Shown here piece by piece: positions 12,315 to 25,666 of a stretch of DNA of 64,000 nt. The notes under the pieces were generated by a model. The model searched no databases. It was given only the letters and a program-made list of their open reading frames with translations, and was not told the origin of the DNA. Made by a program: the position numbers and the translations under genes. Where the stretch lies: positions 19,909,590 through 19,973,589 of the forward strand of contig CM119264.1 of NCBI GenBank assembly GCA_051294375.1. Reading direction: 5' to 3'. Numbering within the stretch: position 1 is the first letter of the stretch; every line of letters begins with the position of its first letter. This stretch comes from Paraspadella gotoi. Its lineage: Eukaryota; Animalia; Chaetognatha.

Positions 12315-12780
12315 AGCACCCCCTCCATGATGTTGAAGTTGCTCGTCATTCGTCAATAACGTACGCAGCCAAGCACTTAAAATTAAACAATTTGAACCAA
12401 ACTTCCTGGACGGGTCAATTGTCATCTGCTCTATCTGTTAAAAAAAACCCGATCAAATTTGGATCATATTTTGGCCTTTTAAAAAGATGTTAAAAACAAT
12501 CGTCCATAATTAAATTAATTGAATTAATTTTTTTATAATTATTATCAAACTTTGTAAATAGGATAAATAAAACAAGCTTGACAAGACTAAAATAAAAATA
12601 ATAAAATTAGGTATGTTTAACACCTGTTTACCCCCTCCGTGATGTTGAAGTTGCTCGTCAACCGCGTCAACGCAGCTAAGAACTTAAAATTAATCAATTT
12701 GAACCAAACTTCCGAGATGGGTTAATTATCATCTACTCTATCTTTAAAAAAAACCCCATCAAAATCGGATCATATTTTAA
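12315..12780. repeat. Tandem duplication of about 315 bp within an unclassified element
   Basis: CCCCTCC(A/G)TGATGTTGAAGTTGCTCGTCA...TTTGAACCAAACTTCC...GGATCATATTTT occurs at about 12318 and about 12632. Confidence 0.65.
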
Positions 12781-12944
12781 TCTATATAATAATATATATA
12801 CCAAAAAAAAATTTTATGAACTTATCTTTCCGGTGGTTCTATCAAATTTATAATTTACCTTAACAATTTGACACAGCGTTCATTTGTAAAGTGACTGTAC
12901 ACTTGAGTCACTGTATAAAAAAATTGTTTCCAAAATGTAAACTG

Positions 12945-13130
12945 GGTACTCTGGGAGTGAATAAACAAGACTGTGAGAGAGTCTTGATTGAAAGCTTGCA
13001 GGGACCTGCTCTGTCATTATCTTGTAAGAGTGATGGAGGCCTTAAACCACCAAAGGCTGTCCAAAGTCAGGGGCAAGATAGTTTATTTATTAAATGAATG
13101 GATGATTTTTATGTTGGTTGTACCAATTTC
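12945..13130. repeat. Dispersed repeat fragment (unclassified, possibly a retroelement 3' end)
   Basis: Reverse-complement copies at about 23340-23460 and about 53350-53535 (GATGGAGGCCTTAAACCACCAAAG...CAGGGGCAAG). Confidence 0.7.
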
Positions 13131-13174
13131 ATATAAGTTTTTAAATGTTGATTGTTTTGTTGACAGGTTCTGTT

Positions 13175-13776
13175 GACAGGTTGAAAACTAGAAGTTCTTT
13201 CAAATAAATAATGGTTAAGTGACTGTTAGAGATAATGAAAATGAAAAATAATTTTTAAAATTTATTTTATTAATTAGTACACGGAAGCATTTAAAGATTT
13301 TTTTATTACTATATAAAGTTTAAAATTTTGTTTTAATTTTTTAATTTTTTTTAATAGATTCTGATAGAGCTTTAAAAGTTAGATAATGGTTTTTAATACA
13401 AATTTTTAAAAGTTTTTTGTTTTATTAATGAAAATTTAAAAAACCATGAAATTCAGCCAATGATGATGATGATAATGATTTTTTAAAGTTTTTTCTATTT
13501 TTAACCAATTTATTGTCAAAATTTTAAAAAATTGTAGTACTTACCTTCATTTAACTTTTCAAGCTTTATATGAATCCGTTCTTAAAAAATAAAATTTTGT
13601 AAAAAAAATTTGTTATTTGTTATATATTAATAAATATTTAAAAGCTTCAGTGCAACAACCCAATGAACTAATTCAAGAAAAGTGACATTGAAAATCGATT
13701 TAGTAATAAAAGGAAAAAAGAATTTTTTTTGAGAGAACTAAAAGTTATAAAAATAGTTCAATTTTGGCCCGCCTTA
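13175..13776 (+). mobile_element. 5'-truncated hAT-like MITE (8194 family) inserted in a class B exon
   Basis: ACAGGTTGAAAACTAGAAG...TTGGCCCGCCTTA matches 8194-8695; lies between exon start gacag|GTTCTG (13167) and CTAGGCATGAAA. Confidence 0.75.
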
Positions 13777-13780
13777 CTAG

Positions 13781-13969
13781 GCATGAAACTAACAAAAAAA
13801 CTTGAAGAGCGAAAAGATGTGAAATGTGAAATTTCAGACAATGAAATCGAAAAAGAGGGCACTCAAAAAGAATTAAAAATATCAAATGAGCCTGAATATG
13901 TTCCAGACCCACTCTTTAAAAATATACTGGTCAAACATGAAGAAAGCGAAAAAAAATCATCTCCAAAAT
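13781..13969 (+). CDS. Class B exon remainder with a candidate new acceptor
   Basis: ccttactag|GC ATG AAA CTA..., CCA AAA T|gtaaaa; 189 nt, phase 1-1, open. Confidence 0.6.
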
Positions 13970-14049
13970 GTAAAAGAACAAGTTTGCTTAATTGTATTTT
14001 AATTTGATAATTTTTTTTTCAATAAATTATATATTTTGGACATTGACAG

Positions 14050-14262
14050 GTTCTGATAAATTACCGGGCATAAAACGAACAAAAAAACTAGAGAAACCAG
14101 AAGTTTTTAAATCTGATGAAATTTCAAAAAATGAAATAAAAAAAGAATTGATAACAAATGGGGTTGAAAATGTTACACGCCCACCTCTAAAAAAAATTTC
14201 AGACAAAGATGAAAAAAATGAAAATCTCCAAGCAGCGGATCAAAAAAATTTATATCCAAAAG
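14050..14262 (+). CDS. Class B repeat exon
   Basis: tgacag|GT ... AAAG|gtaaaa; 213 nt, open. Confidence 0.85.
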
Positions 14263-14701
14263 GTAAAATAAGCAAGTTAAAATAAAACTAATATTTTTAA
14301 ATAAAACTTGTGTTTATTATTAAATTCATTTTAAAAAAGGTTTTATAAATGTTAAGGTAAAATTGTTGTTTTATCTCTGGTTTATTATTAAAGTAACACC
14401 ATAATAAAATTTTATAAAAATTAAGAAGAAAATTTAGTGGTTTTTACAATAAAAGTTTAGAGAATAAATTTTATTAAATTAAAATTCAGCCATATTGATT
14501 AAATGTTCAATGTCAGTAGTACCATAATAAGTAGAAAAACAAATCATTACTGAACCAAAAGGTTCAAACAGTAATCAGATTGGTCCTAGCTATATGATTC
14601 TAGTCTTAACCAAAGTCGGAAAGGGCTTGGCAAAAGTGAGACTTGCTGAAGTTGACTTGCTGAAAGCTTAGAACTCTGACCAAAGTTCCAGCACGTTATG
14701 C

Positions 14702-15238
14702 TAGCCATAGCCGATGAAATTTAAATGCTAATGTATACAACGTTAAAATAATCTATATGAGCATAGATTATAGTATTAAAATATTTTTTGTCAAAAATAA
14801 TTTTTTCTGAGGGTACTCGCCGAATTAAAATTATTATATTAATATATAAAGAAGAAAAAAAAATTGAAATCTTAAAATTTTTCAATGGATTCTGATAGAG
14901 CATAAAAAGTTAAACATAAATATAATTACAGCTTTTAAAAATTCTTACATTTTCTTAGTAAAAATTTTAAAAAAATTATAAAATCATCAAAAGATGATGA
15001 TGATGACAATTTTTTATAGTTTTTCTTATTTTTGACCTACTTATCAAAAAAATATTTAAAAAAGAATTATACTTTGTGTAGACAACTTTTTAAGAGTTAT
15101 CTGAATCTGGTCTTAAAATTAAAAATTTCTCAAAAAAAATTTTGGCCTTTCCTATCTATAAATAAATATTAAAAAAATACTTACTAGGGTACAGAGCCAT
15201 ACAAGAAATTTTTTGTCCATTGAATGCGGCTACCTCTA
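14702..15238. mobile_element. TIR MITE (TAG...CTA ends); related copy at about 58905-59483
   Basis: Imperfect TIR TAGccaTAGCCG / CGGCTACCTCTA; GTTATGC on both flanks. Confidence 0.6.
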
Positions 15239-15490
15239 GTTATGCCCCTGACGAAAAAAATTTTAGGACTACATAATAAGGAAAGACATATCACCTTCTT
15301 TTCTTTTGCTTGTTTTTAGGTTTTTGCAGTAATTTTTAATTTAAAAAGTAATTTTGCTATTGTAAAATATTTAATTAACTATAAATGTACTTTATAAAAC
15401 GTGCTAATATAAAAGTTTAAAAAGTACTATAGCTAAAGAAAAACTTTGTTATATTTGAAAATATATACCTTAACTTAATAAAAAAGCACC

Positions 15491-16027
15491 TACACTCATG
15501 TGCAAAAAAACGCGCCACTTTTTAACTTTAAACTCCAGACGTTCTATTAATACAATTTTAAAAAAACGATATAAAAAAAATAAAATTAAAAAAAAAGAAT
15601 CAATATGTCTAAATGTCATTACAATCGGTCAAGTGGTTTAGGAGTTATGATTTTTTAAACTTGAGTGTTCCAAAACCAAACGGGAATATCGATTTTTATT
15701 TAAAAGCTTCAGAATCATGGAACTTTCATTTATTATATGTTTCAATAACCTTAGGATTATTATTCAGGGATCTGGGGCAATCTAGTTATCCAGTTATCCC
15801 TCCAGATATGCAATATATTTTTTTTAAAAAAATTTTGCGGTAGAATACTTCATTTTAAAAAATCACTGCTCCTAAATGGATGGCCCGATTTTAATAAAGT
15901 TTATGCCAAACTTATCGTCTTTCAATAAACTTTAATTTACTTTTAAAATTATTTAAAAAATTTAAGTATACAGGGTGATTTTTAAAGAGTGAAATAAAGT
16001 GGCGCGATTTTTTTGCTCATTACTGTT
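15491..16027. mobile_element. Tc1/mariner-like MITE; truncated copy at about 57432
   Basis: TACACTCATGTGCAAAAAAACGCGCCACTT ... AAGTGGCGCGATTTTTTGCTCATTACTG inverted termini. Confidence 0.7.
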
Positions 16028-16145
16028 CATCATTATATTTTTAATTATTGTAAAACCAATTTAAATTAAAATATTTTGAAATGCATAAAAAAGTAAAATA
16101 TTCATTAAAATATGCTACTAATTTTAACCAAATTAATATTTTTAG

Positions 16146-16397
16146 CTTTCCCACATAGCTTAGATGGTACAAAGTCCAAATTTCCTGAATTTGTATCAAC
16201 AATATCAAAATATGATCTTCCAGAAAAAAGAGAAAAGACAATGTTAGAAAAGATAGAGAAAAAACCAAATGAAGAAAAACAAAATAAAATTTTAACAATA
16301 ATTAGTCCAGTACCAGACTGGGAGAGAATTAAAAAACCAAATGAAAAAACTGAAAATGTTCCAATTCATTCAATAACTTTTACACGAAAAAAGCCAG
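16146..16397 (+). CDS. Class A repeat exon
   Basis: tttag|CT ... CCAG|gtaatg; 252 nt, open; AFPHSLDGTKSKFPE...VPDWERIKKPNEK...KKPG. Confidence 0.85.
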
Positions 16398-16700
16398 GTA
16401 ATGTCAATATTTTGAGAAACAAAGTTATGTTACATGATTCAGAAAAATCTTGGAAATATCTTTTAAAAACCTTAAACCTTTTTGTTATGACTAAATCTGT
16501 AATAATTCAGGTTTAAATTCTATGTATAATTCTAAAATAAATCTTTCCTTTAAATAAATTTTTCTGTACTCAGCCGTTTCAGTTTAAAAATATTATTTTA
16601 TTAAATTTTGGAAGCAGTAAATGGCTTTCAAATATTTTAGACTTACAATAAAAAATATTAGTTTTGGATTTGAAGTGTTATATGTTTTGGACATTGACAG

Positions 16701-16913
16701 GTTTTGATGATTTATCGGGCATGAAACCAACAAAAAAACTAGAGGGGCCAGAAGTTTCAGATAATAAAATAGAAAAAGAGACATTTCATGAAGAAGTGTT
16801 AATAACAAATGGGGATGAAAAGGTTTCTCGCCCACCATTAAAAAAAATAATTGACAAAGATGAAGAAAATGAAAATATTCAACTAGCGGATCAAAAAAAT
16901 CTATATCAAAAAG
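16701..16913 (+). CDS. Class B repeat exon
   Basis: tgacag|GT ... AAAG|gtaaaa; 213 nt, open. Confidence 0.85.
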
Positions 16914-17125
16914 GTAAAAAGAGCAAGCTTAAAACATACATATTTCTTAATAAAATCATTTTAAATTTTTTTAATAAAAATTTAGGTAATTTTTTTTAAT
17001 TTCGGGGTTATGAATTAAGCAATGCACTGCTAAAATTTTTACAAAAATTAAAAACAAAATTTAGTTGGTTCATTTAATCTCATCGCATACACCATTAATA
17101 TGGAGTAACAATGTAAAACAATTTT

Positions 17126-17786
17126 TAGTCGGATCTGCTTATCAGCAGATCCCGACTCTATAATTCACTTTCTCGGTCCGTCGGTCTGCCCCCTCAATCT
17201 TGTCGGGCATTCATTTATATCATGTCAGAACATAGAATTATAATAAATTATGCAAAAAAAATTTCTGTTCGTCCATCTGTCCCACCTTAGCAAAAAACAC
17301 CAATTACTCGTGTGTGAGTGGGGAGGTGTGTGATTGAGCTGGATATAAAGTTTAGATGGAATCGTGCGAGTGAAAATGAGTTTAACGGGAAAAAACAAAA
17401 AAATCTGTTTCACTATTTGAACACCAATTACTCATAAGTGGATGGGGCGATTAACCTGAAATTTTGTACGTGGGTAGGAAAGTGTGTGATTAAGCTGGAA
17501 ATCAAGTTTCGATGGAATCGTTTGAGTTTAAATGAGTTTAAATGGAAAAAACAAAAAAACCTGTTTCACTAATTGATTATGATTCTTTTTCTTTTTATAT
17601 TAAATGTAAATTCAAGATATATTAATTAATCAAATAATTATCAGTCAATAATTAATTAAAAAATCAATTAATCAATCAAAACAAACATTTTGGAACAAAT
17701 TAATTAATTATCAATTATTAATTAATTAATAATCAATTACCGATAATGATCGTGGGCAGATCCGACATTGTTTGCTCAAACTTGTT
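17126..17786 (+). mobile_element. HINE (DINE-1/Helentron-like), short copy
   Basis: Same 5' hairpin/subTIR and 3' GCAGATCCGACATTGTTTGCTCAAACTTG end, between T runs. Confidence 0.85.
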
Positions 17787-17940
17787 TTTAAACATGTTTG
17801 CCTTTTAAGATTTTTGCCGAATCTGACTTCCTATTACAAACTTATAATTCCCCTAGTTTTTTCCTTAAATGAGCAAAAAGAATACACTACTTTCTATTCT
17901 TTTATGATTTCTGGGTGAAAACTATAATAAATTACATAAA

Positions 17941-18039
17941 CATATTGTAAAAATATAATGTCTTGTGAAACCTGTGAGTTAAAAAAAAAACATATTGTAA
18001 AAATATAATGTCTTGTGAAACCTGTGAGTTAAAAAAAAA
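17941..18039. repeat. Exact 50-bp tandem duplication
   Basis: CATATTGTAAAAATATAATGTCTTGTGAAACCTGTGAGTT(A)n twice. Confidence 0.9.
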
Positions 18040-19098
18040 TTCGCTCAGTTTATTATTGAAAAATAATTAACGTCTTCCGGCTCCTTCCAGTAAACATCCC
18101 TGTTCTTCAAAATAAACTAATGCTTACTTTTTGCTGGTGGAAAAGAAAGAAAAATACTTAGGCTGTGACTAAAATTTTTTAGAATTTTGTAAGCATGCCT
18201 GTTAAAGCAAACAAGCAAATATTTAAAAGTTTTCTTTATTTAAAAAATTAGATTACAATTTAGCCTTTTTTCTTTCAGAATAATCAAAAAGAATTTAATT
18301 TTCATTTATTCTTCAGGGGAGTCATTTTAAAATTTATTTAAATTTTGACTTTAGCGATTTACTTACCCTAATTTTCCCAATTTTAAAAAAAAAAAAAATT
18401 TTCCATCTTCTTTGTAACTTTTGCTAACTACTACGAAAATTTGTCTCTTACTTTTTCTACTATGAGCATTTTCCTTTTACTTTCTATAGAAATTTGCTCT
18501 TCTGTCTGCACCCACTACATCTTCCCTTGCATCGCTTTACACAAAATAGCAAATTTTTGCCTGATTTGGTCTTAATAAACCAGATGGCTCCAAAAACAAA
18601 AGAGCGTTTTTAAAACAAAATAGTAATGAATTTTAGTTTTAGTAAATCTTTTTTTTTATATTTTTACAAAATATGAAAATATACAAAATTACTTGTTTTA
18701 CTATTTTCTTATTGCTTGCGTTGTGAATGGCCTCCTTTCGCCGCATGCAACATAATCTTAAAAGTATAATGATCTTGCCAGACCTTACAATCAAAAAAAT
18801 TAATAAAAAAGTATATTGCATATTGCAGTAAATCATGATTAAATGTAAATTCAAACAAAAATATTTGAATCGATATGAAACAAAGAAAATGGACAAACAT
18901 TTAAGCTTCCTTACAGCCTCACTAATGAAACTTGATAACTCGATAGTTGAAAGTTAAAAAAATGCTGCAAGTTGAAAAAATTATGCAAGTTAAAAAAATT
19001 ATGCAAGTTGAAAAAATTATCCAAGTTGAAAAAATTATGCAAGATGAAAAAATTATGCAAGTTGAAAAAATTATGCAAGTTAAAAAAATTATGCAAGT

Positions 19099-20332
19099 TG
19101 TTCTAGAATTATATGTTGGGATTAATATCCTAGAAGCCCGGGTTCACCCGTTGATGTCGGTAGAGTCAGGAGTCTTTAGTCTTTAGTCAACTGACTATAC
19201 TATACTGGGTGCATCAGTTAATTTCATGATTCAGTCCACAAATTATAATATATATTACTATTCTAAGCTAATAAGGGTTAAATATAGGTTCCTAAACCTT
19301 TATCCAGGCTAACCTTGTTGAAGACATCCCTCAATTCCCTATCATGTCCTACCGCAGGGCGTACACTGGGTATCTCAGCAAATTCCCTAGTCCCTAGCCT
19401 ATTCATGTTCTTACTAACTACTATGATAATTCAGTGAAACACTATCTTCTTTTAATACATCTATTACCTCCTATGGAGGCATGTTTAAATTCTCAGACAG
19501 TGATTAGATATATAGATAATAAAGAACCAGGAATCAGGGCTATTTATAGCCTAAGTTTATATATTCTTATATGAAATGAACCCTTAGCATTAATTATTAT
19601 AATACAGTTTAATGACCTTTTATACATATTACAGAAGAATGCTTAAATGCATATAACACTTGGCTTATACCGTTTATACCTTGATACAGTTGCACTACAG
19701 TGCATATAGTTTACCAATCTAGTTACATCTTGAAGACATATAGTCTTTACTTAACATTTACTAAGAGAGGCAGAGGTCTGCACTCAATGAGTCTTCAGAA
19801 ACAGACTGACTTTTTGGCTCTTCCTCTTCTCCTTTTATTGCCTTTCAGAGCTTTCGTTCTGATAGCTATCATATCATAAGTAATAAAATAACTATATTCC
19901 GTTTTGATAATCTTACGGGGATGGTATCAGAACTATCCAGATCGCCCTTGTTCTGAACTCCTACGCAACGGTCCAGATTTCATCCAATTCCAAATCTTAA
20001 AAGATTCTCTTCCTTTAATATTCTTTAGGGTCATTAGGCTTTATTTATTTATATATTATTAATATCATATTAATCTATTAAAGCCCTGATTCCTAGTTTA
20101 CAAAGGAATAATCTCAGAAATAATTTGTTTATGCATACAGGTATATATAATTTTTTTATATATATATATATATATATGATCAGAGTATGAGAAATCAATC
20201 ACAGTTTTCTGATTATAAATGTGTAGTCACACATTTATTATCATTTAATAGCAATCATTTCCTCATAAAATAAGATAAACATTAATAGCAATTGAAGCAC
20301 TCAGTCAATCTAGCTCTTAATATTATATTACA
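19099..20332. mobile_element. Solo LTR (about 1.23 kb) inserted in an 18-bp minisatellite
   Basis: TG...CA ends with imperfect inverted termini (TGTTCTAGAAT / ATTATATTACA); 5-bp TSD CAAGT at 19094-19098 and 20333-20337; no ORF. Confidence 0.75.
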
Positions 20333-22460
20333 CAAGTTAAAAAAATTATACAAATTGAAAAAAATTATGCAAGTTGAAAAATGTATGCATGTTAAAAAAA
20401 TGATACAAGTTGAAAAAAATATGAATGCTAAAAAAATGATGCAAGTTAAAAAAATGATGCAAGCTGAAAAATAATAAAAGTTTAAAAAATGAAAAAGCTA
20501 AAAATGATGCAAATTTAAAAAAATATTATTATTGTTGCAGTAGGCAGTGATTTCTATTTGGGTATTTTCAACAATGAATTTGGAACTTTATTAACTATTA
20601 TTTCTTTTTTTCCCACTGATAAATATGAAACACCCTTTATTTAAAAAAACGGTTGGTTATAGTTATCTTCTCTTTATAACATAGAAGTCACTGGGTGAAT
20701 TTCTATGCTTTCAAAATACGGTAAGACATGATTTCTTTTACGACGATCATTCCAAATACGGTTTCATCCTTAATTAAGAAGAAACTAAAAACGATTTTTC
20801 ATGATAAGACCAACTTTTAGAGATTAAATTGCTCGTAAGATCTGTCACGTATTTTAGTTATAGTACTGCTTAGGCAAAAAAAACGGCATGCTATAGTATA
20901 AAACTTTTTTCCTTTTTTTCTACTCCTTTTCTTATTTACGTTTCTCTTTTGAACTTTCTCTCTGTCCGTCTCTCTTTCTCTCTGTCTTTCTCCCTTTCTC
21001 TTACTTTTCTCTCCTCATAATTATCTGTGTCATCCATTCTTTTCTTCCTTTACCTTTATTTCCCTTCCGCTCTATCTCTGCTTTTCTCTCCCTCTCTGAT
21101 TCTCTTTCTTCCTTTTTTCTTGTTTTTTCTTTTCTCTTAATCATTCTCATTCTCCCTCTTCTCCTCATATAATATTTTTTTTCCACTTGTTCTCCCTCTC
21201 CCTGCCCTTTTTTTTCACCCATACTCTGCTTCCCTTATCTTTTATTTTTGTCACTAATTTTTCAAATATTTCAAATGTATTGTAAGAAAAAAATAGGGTA
21301 TTGCAAGATTTTAGCGGAAGTTTGGTTGCCTAGCAGATTTAAAAAATCGACAGATTTTTGCGGAAATTTTTTCCGCAAAAACGTGTCGATTGGGAGGAAA
21401 AAATGTCCTGAAGCTTCCCATTACATTAAAAGAATGCGGTTTTTTTTTAAAAACTTGAACATTAGTGTGTTTCTCATCTGATGAAACTATAAAATTAGTT
21501 AAAAAACGAGTTTTAGTTTTAAAAAAAATGCACCTCACAAACCTCACAAATTAAAAGTCGGCTTAAAATTTTTTTTACAGCCAAAGTATTGAATATTTTG
21601 CCATAATTTTTTAGGTGTTGGAAGCTCAGTTGAATAGGAATATTTGCCTAGAATTGTAAGTAAATCAAACAATTTTTGTTTAACAAATTGTAATAAAAAC
21701 TAAAAATGTGAGTTTTTGACTAGTCAATTTTAAAATTAATTCAAAGGCAAACAATAGATTTTCAATTGAATATGAACTGACTCAGAGGTAAGGAAGATAA
21801 AAAGGACCCGAAAACTGAAATAAAAAATTTTCTTAAACCATCTTGTCATTCAAATCTCAAGACAAAAGTCAAAATGGACAAAAATGGACATAATTTTTTT
21901 TATTAAAAGTAGCAAAAATGATATTGATTCTTGATTAGAAAATGCTACAGATGATTTCAATTAATCCGTAATCTAGCCCACTTTGTCTTTGGGTTCTAAT
22001 TTAATTAATTTTGTAGGTAATATTCTAGCAATATTGCAAAAAGTGGTTTTTTTGCTGAATTCCTCGATAGAAATCACTGCCAGTAACAGTTCAGTTTAAG
22101 CCCTTGAAAGCGATTTACATGTATTGGCGCAGTGTGTTTATTAGAGTGGAGCACTGGGGAACATAAATTTTATTTGAGTGAACAAATAAGGATATTTAGA
22201 CGTGAGATAATATGATTAAGGAGTACAAAAAATATTTTGCTTATATTGTTATTTTTATATTTTTTATTTTTAAAATTTTTATTAAAGATTCTGATTCTTT
22301 ATAAAAAGTTAGATCAAAAATATAAAATATTTTATTAAAAATTTCAATGTCTTCAGCCTCAAAATTGGAAAAAAAGGTCAAATTCTTCACTTTTTTACGC
22401 TTTGTAATAGAATGATGAAACGTTTTTGGTCATTTTTCGCAGCTTTAACCTAAAAATATC

Positions 22461-22960
22461 GGCACTTTTATACAAAGAAGCCCCCTTGCTACGGCTCCTG
22501 AAGCAGCGGACTCGGGCACACGCACAAAAATTTTATCTTTTGCTGCTTGTTTTATCGTTTTATCGTCGCTTTCACCGTCGCAACTGCTTCCTCCATCGAT
22601 CAAATTATCGTCGTCGTTTCTGTTAATCCCAATCTTGGCAGAGGCTTAATTCTTTTTCTCCTGAGTCACCCAGCAAGCTAGAATTTTATTGTTGCAAAAG
22701 TAGCGTCGGGAAAAATGACCCTAATCCCTTACCCTAATCCTAACCCTAATCCCTAACCCTAATCACAACCCTAATATTTATCCTCTAAACTAACCTTATC
22801 CCTAACCGAAACCGTAAACAATTAATCCATCGTTCAAATTATCGTTCAAATTATCGTCGTCGTATTTGTCGATCCTGACTCTAAGTCATCCAGCCAGAAA
22901 GAGTAAGAGAGATTTGCTGCTCCGTCATACGGCAAGGGGGCATCGATGTATGAAAAGGCC
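22461..22960. mobile_element. GG-terminated (Merlin-like) MITE carrying telomeric (CCCTAA)n repeats
   Basis: Imperfect TIR of about 30 bp (GGC...ATACA..GA.GCCCCCTTGC); 8-bp TSD AAAATATC; CCCTAA array at about 22718-22810. Confidence 0.75.
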
Positions 22961-23627
22961 AAAATATCATGTAACATTTTTTATTTTTTTCCAGCGAATC
23001 CGAAACTGTTCTTAAAATTAAAAAAAATATGATTTTGAAATTTTATGATTTGATAAGGATATTACTATAAAAAAATTCAATTAATGATACTGTTATGCAA
23101 ATTTTTTTTTGAAAAAGGGCTTAATTGTTTTTTATTACATATACAAAGGCAGCAAAAAAACATTGTTCCATCGCTCAATCTTTTCATCATTCCACCCTAG
23201 TGTTTATGTTTTTAAGTACAGTAATTTTTACTTTAAAAATTTCATTTTTTATTAAAAAAATATTGTATTATCAATGTATTTATAAAAAATTCAAATATAA
23301 AAGTTTAAAAATTATTTTAGCTAAAGAAAAACTTTGTTATGAAATTGGTACAACCAAAATAAAAATTATCCATTCCTTTATAAAATAAGCTTACTTGCCC
23401 CTGACTTTGGACAGGCTTTGGTGGTTTAAGGCCTCCATCACTCTTACAAGATAATGACATAACAAGTCAAATATTTGAAAATATTTACCATTATAAAATA
23501 AAAAAACCTACTTACTTATAAAATTATTAGGTAAAATCAAATTTGAATGGAAATATTTTAAAAGGCATAAAATGTAGATTCACTCATGAAAATATGATAA
23601 CACTTTCTACTAAATTAATATTTTCAG

Positions 23628-23867
23628 CTTTCCCACATAGTTTAGATGGTACCAAGTCCAAATCTCCTAAAATTGTATCAGCAATACCAGGATATGATCT
23701 TCCAGAAAAAATAGAAAAGACAATATTAAAAATCATTGAAAAAAAACCAAATGAAGAAAAACCAAATAAAATTTCTCCAGTTTCAGACAGGGAGAAAATT
23801 AAAAGCCCAAATGAAAAAGCTGAAAATCTTTCCATTGGTTCAAAACCATATGCACCAAGAAAATCAG
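23628..23867 (+). CDS. Class A repeat exon
   Basis: tttcag|CT ... TCAG|gtagaa; 240 nt, open. Confidence 0.85.
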
Positions 23868-23974
23868 GTAGAAAAATATTATACTATCTGAAATAGCAAA
23901 ATATTTTGTAAGATAATGTTATGTTTTATGACTCAAAATCATATTTAAAACTATCTTTTAAAAACCTTTATTTT

Positions 23975-25114
23975 TAGTCGATCTGCTTATCAGCAGATCC
24001 CGACTCTATAATTCACTTTTTCGGTCCGTCGGTCCGCCCCCTCAATATTGTCGGGCACCACTTATATCATGTCAGAACATCGAATTATGATAAATTATCA
24101 AAAAAAAGATTCCGTCGTCGTCCGTCCGTCCTGTCCTCCGTCCTCCCACCTTAGCAAAAAACACCAATTACTCGTGATGAGATGGATGGATTAATGAAAT
24201 TTTGTGTGTGGTGGAAGTGTGTGATTGAGCTGGATATGAAGTTTCGATGGAATCGTCCATGGAAATGAGTTTAAATGGAAAAAAAAAATTTCACTATTTG
24301 AACACCAATTCTCACGAGTGGATGGGGCGATTGACTGAGAATTTTGTATTGAGTAGAGAAAGTGTGTGATTAAGCGGAAATCAAGTTTCGATGGAATGTT
24401 TGAGTGGAAATGAGTTTAAATGAAAAAAACAAAAAACCTGTTTCTAATTGATTATGCTTCTTTTTCTTTTTATAGTAAATGTAAATGCAAGATGTATTAA
24501 TAAATCAAATAATTAATCAGTTAATTAATCAATTAGTAAATAATTAATCAATAATTAATTAATTAGTCAATCAATCCGTCCATCCGTCCCATCTTAGCAA
24601 AAAGCTCCAATAACTCGTGATTGGCTGGTTGGATTGGAATTAAATTTTGTGTGTGGGTAGGAAAGTGTGTGATAAAGCTGGATATTAAAATTTCGATGGA
24701 ATCGTATGAGTGGAAATTAGTTTAAATGGAAAAAACATAAGTCGAATTTACTAAAATCTTTTTACTTATTTTAACCAATAAATACTCAATTAATCATAAT
24801 TGGATGGATAGATTGAGTTGAAATTTTGTGTGTGGGTAGGAAAACGTATGACGAAGCTTGATATAGTTTCAGTGGAAACGTACCAGTGGAAATGAGTTTA
24901 AATGAAAAAAATATGAGTCACATTTACTTGAATCTTTTTATTTATTTTAACCCATGATAGATTGAGATGAAATTTTGTGAGCCGGTAGGAAAGTGAGTGA
25001 AGAAGCTAGATATAAAGTTTTGACGGAATGCAAGTTGAAAAATTATGCAAGTTGAAAAAAATGATGCAAGTTAAAAAAAATCTTAAAAGCATAAGGATCG
25101 TCGCTATTGCATAA

Positions 25115-25149
<35 letters not shown>

Positions 25150-25557
25150 GAGAGAGAGAGAGAGAGTGAGAGAGAAAAGAGAGAGAGTGAGAGAGAGAGA
25201 GAGAGAAGGAGACATAAAATAAAAAAATCTTAAAAGACTCAAGATCGAGCCAGAGCCCACTATCATAGAAAATTAATGAAAAAAACCGGGAAAAAAACGA
25301 ATGAATCATGCGATAAACGAATTGTTGATGTACTAGTAATTGATTGAGGTAATACTAATTGATTGATGTAATAGTAATTTATTGATGTAATAGGAATTGA
25401 TTATTGATTCGATGATAATCAATTATTGATGCGATGATAGTCATTCACTGCTGTGATGATAGTCATTCAGTGATGCGATGATTGTCATTCATTGATGCGA
25501 TGATTGTCATCATTGATGCGATGATAGTCAATAAAACAAACAAATGCGTGTATGAGT

Positions 25558-25618
<61 letters not shown>

Positions 25619-25631
25619 GAGAGAGAAAGAA

Positions 25632-25666
<35 letters not shown>

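Noticed and set aside
16112-16516. Treating each repeat ORF as a separate single-exon gene with an N-terminal hydrophobic signal
   Set aside because: The hydrophobic 'KLLFLA' leader is the translated polypyrimidine tract; homology begins and ends at AG/GT with consistent phase
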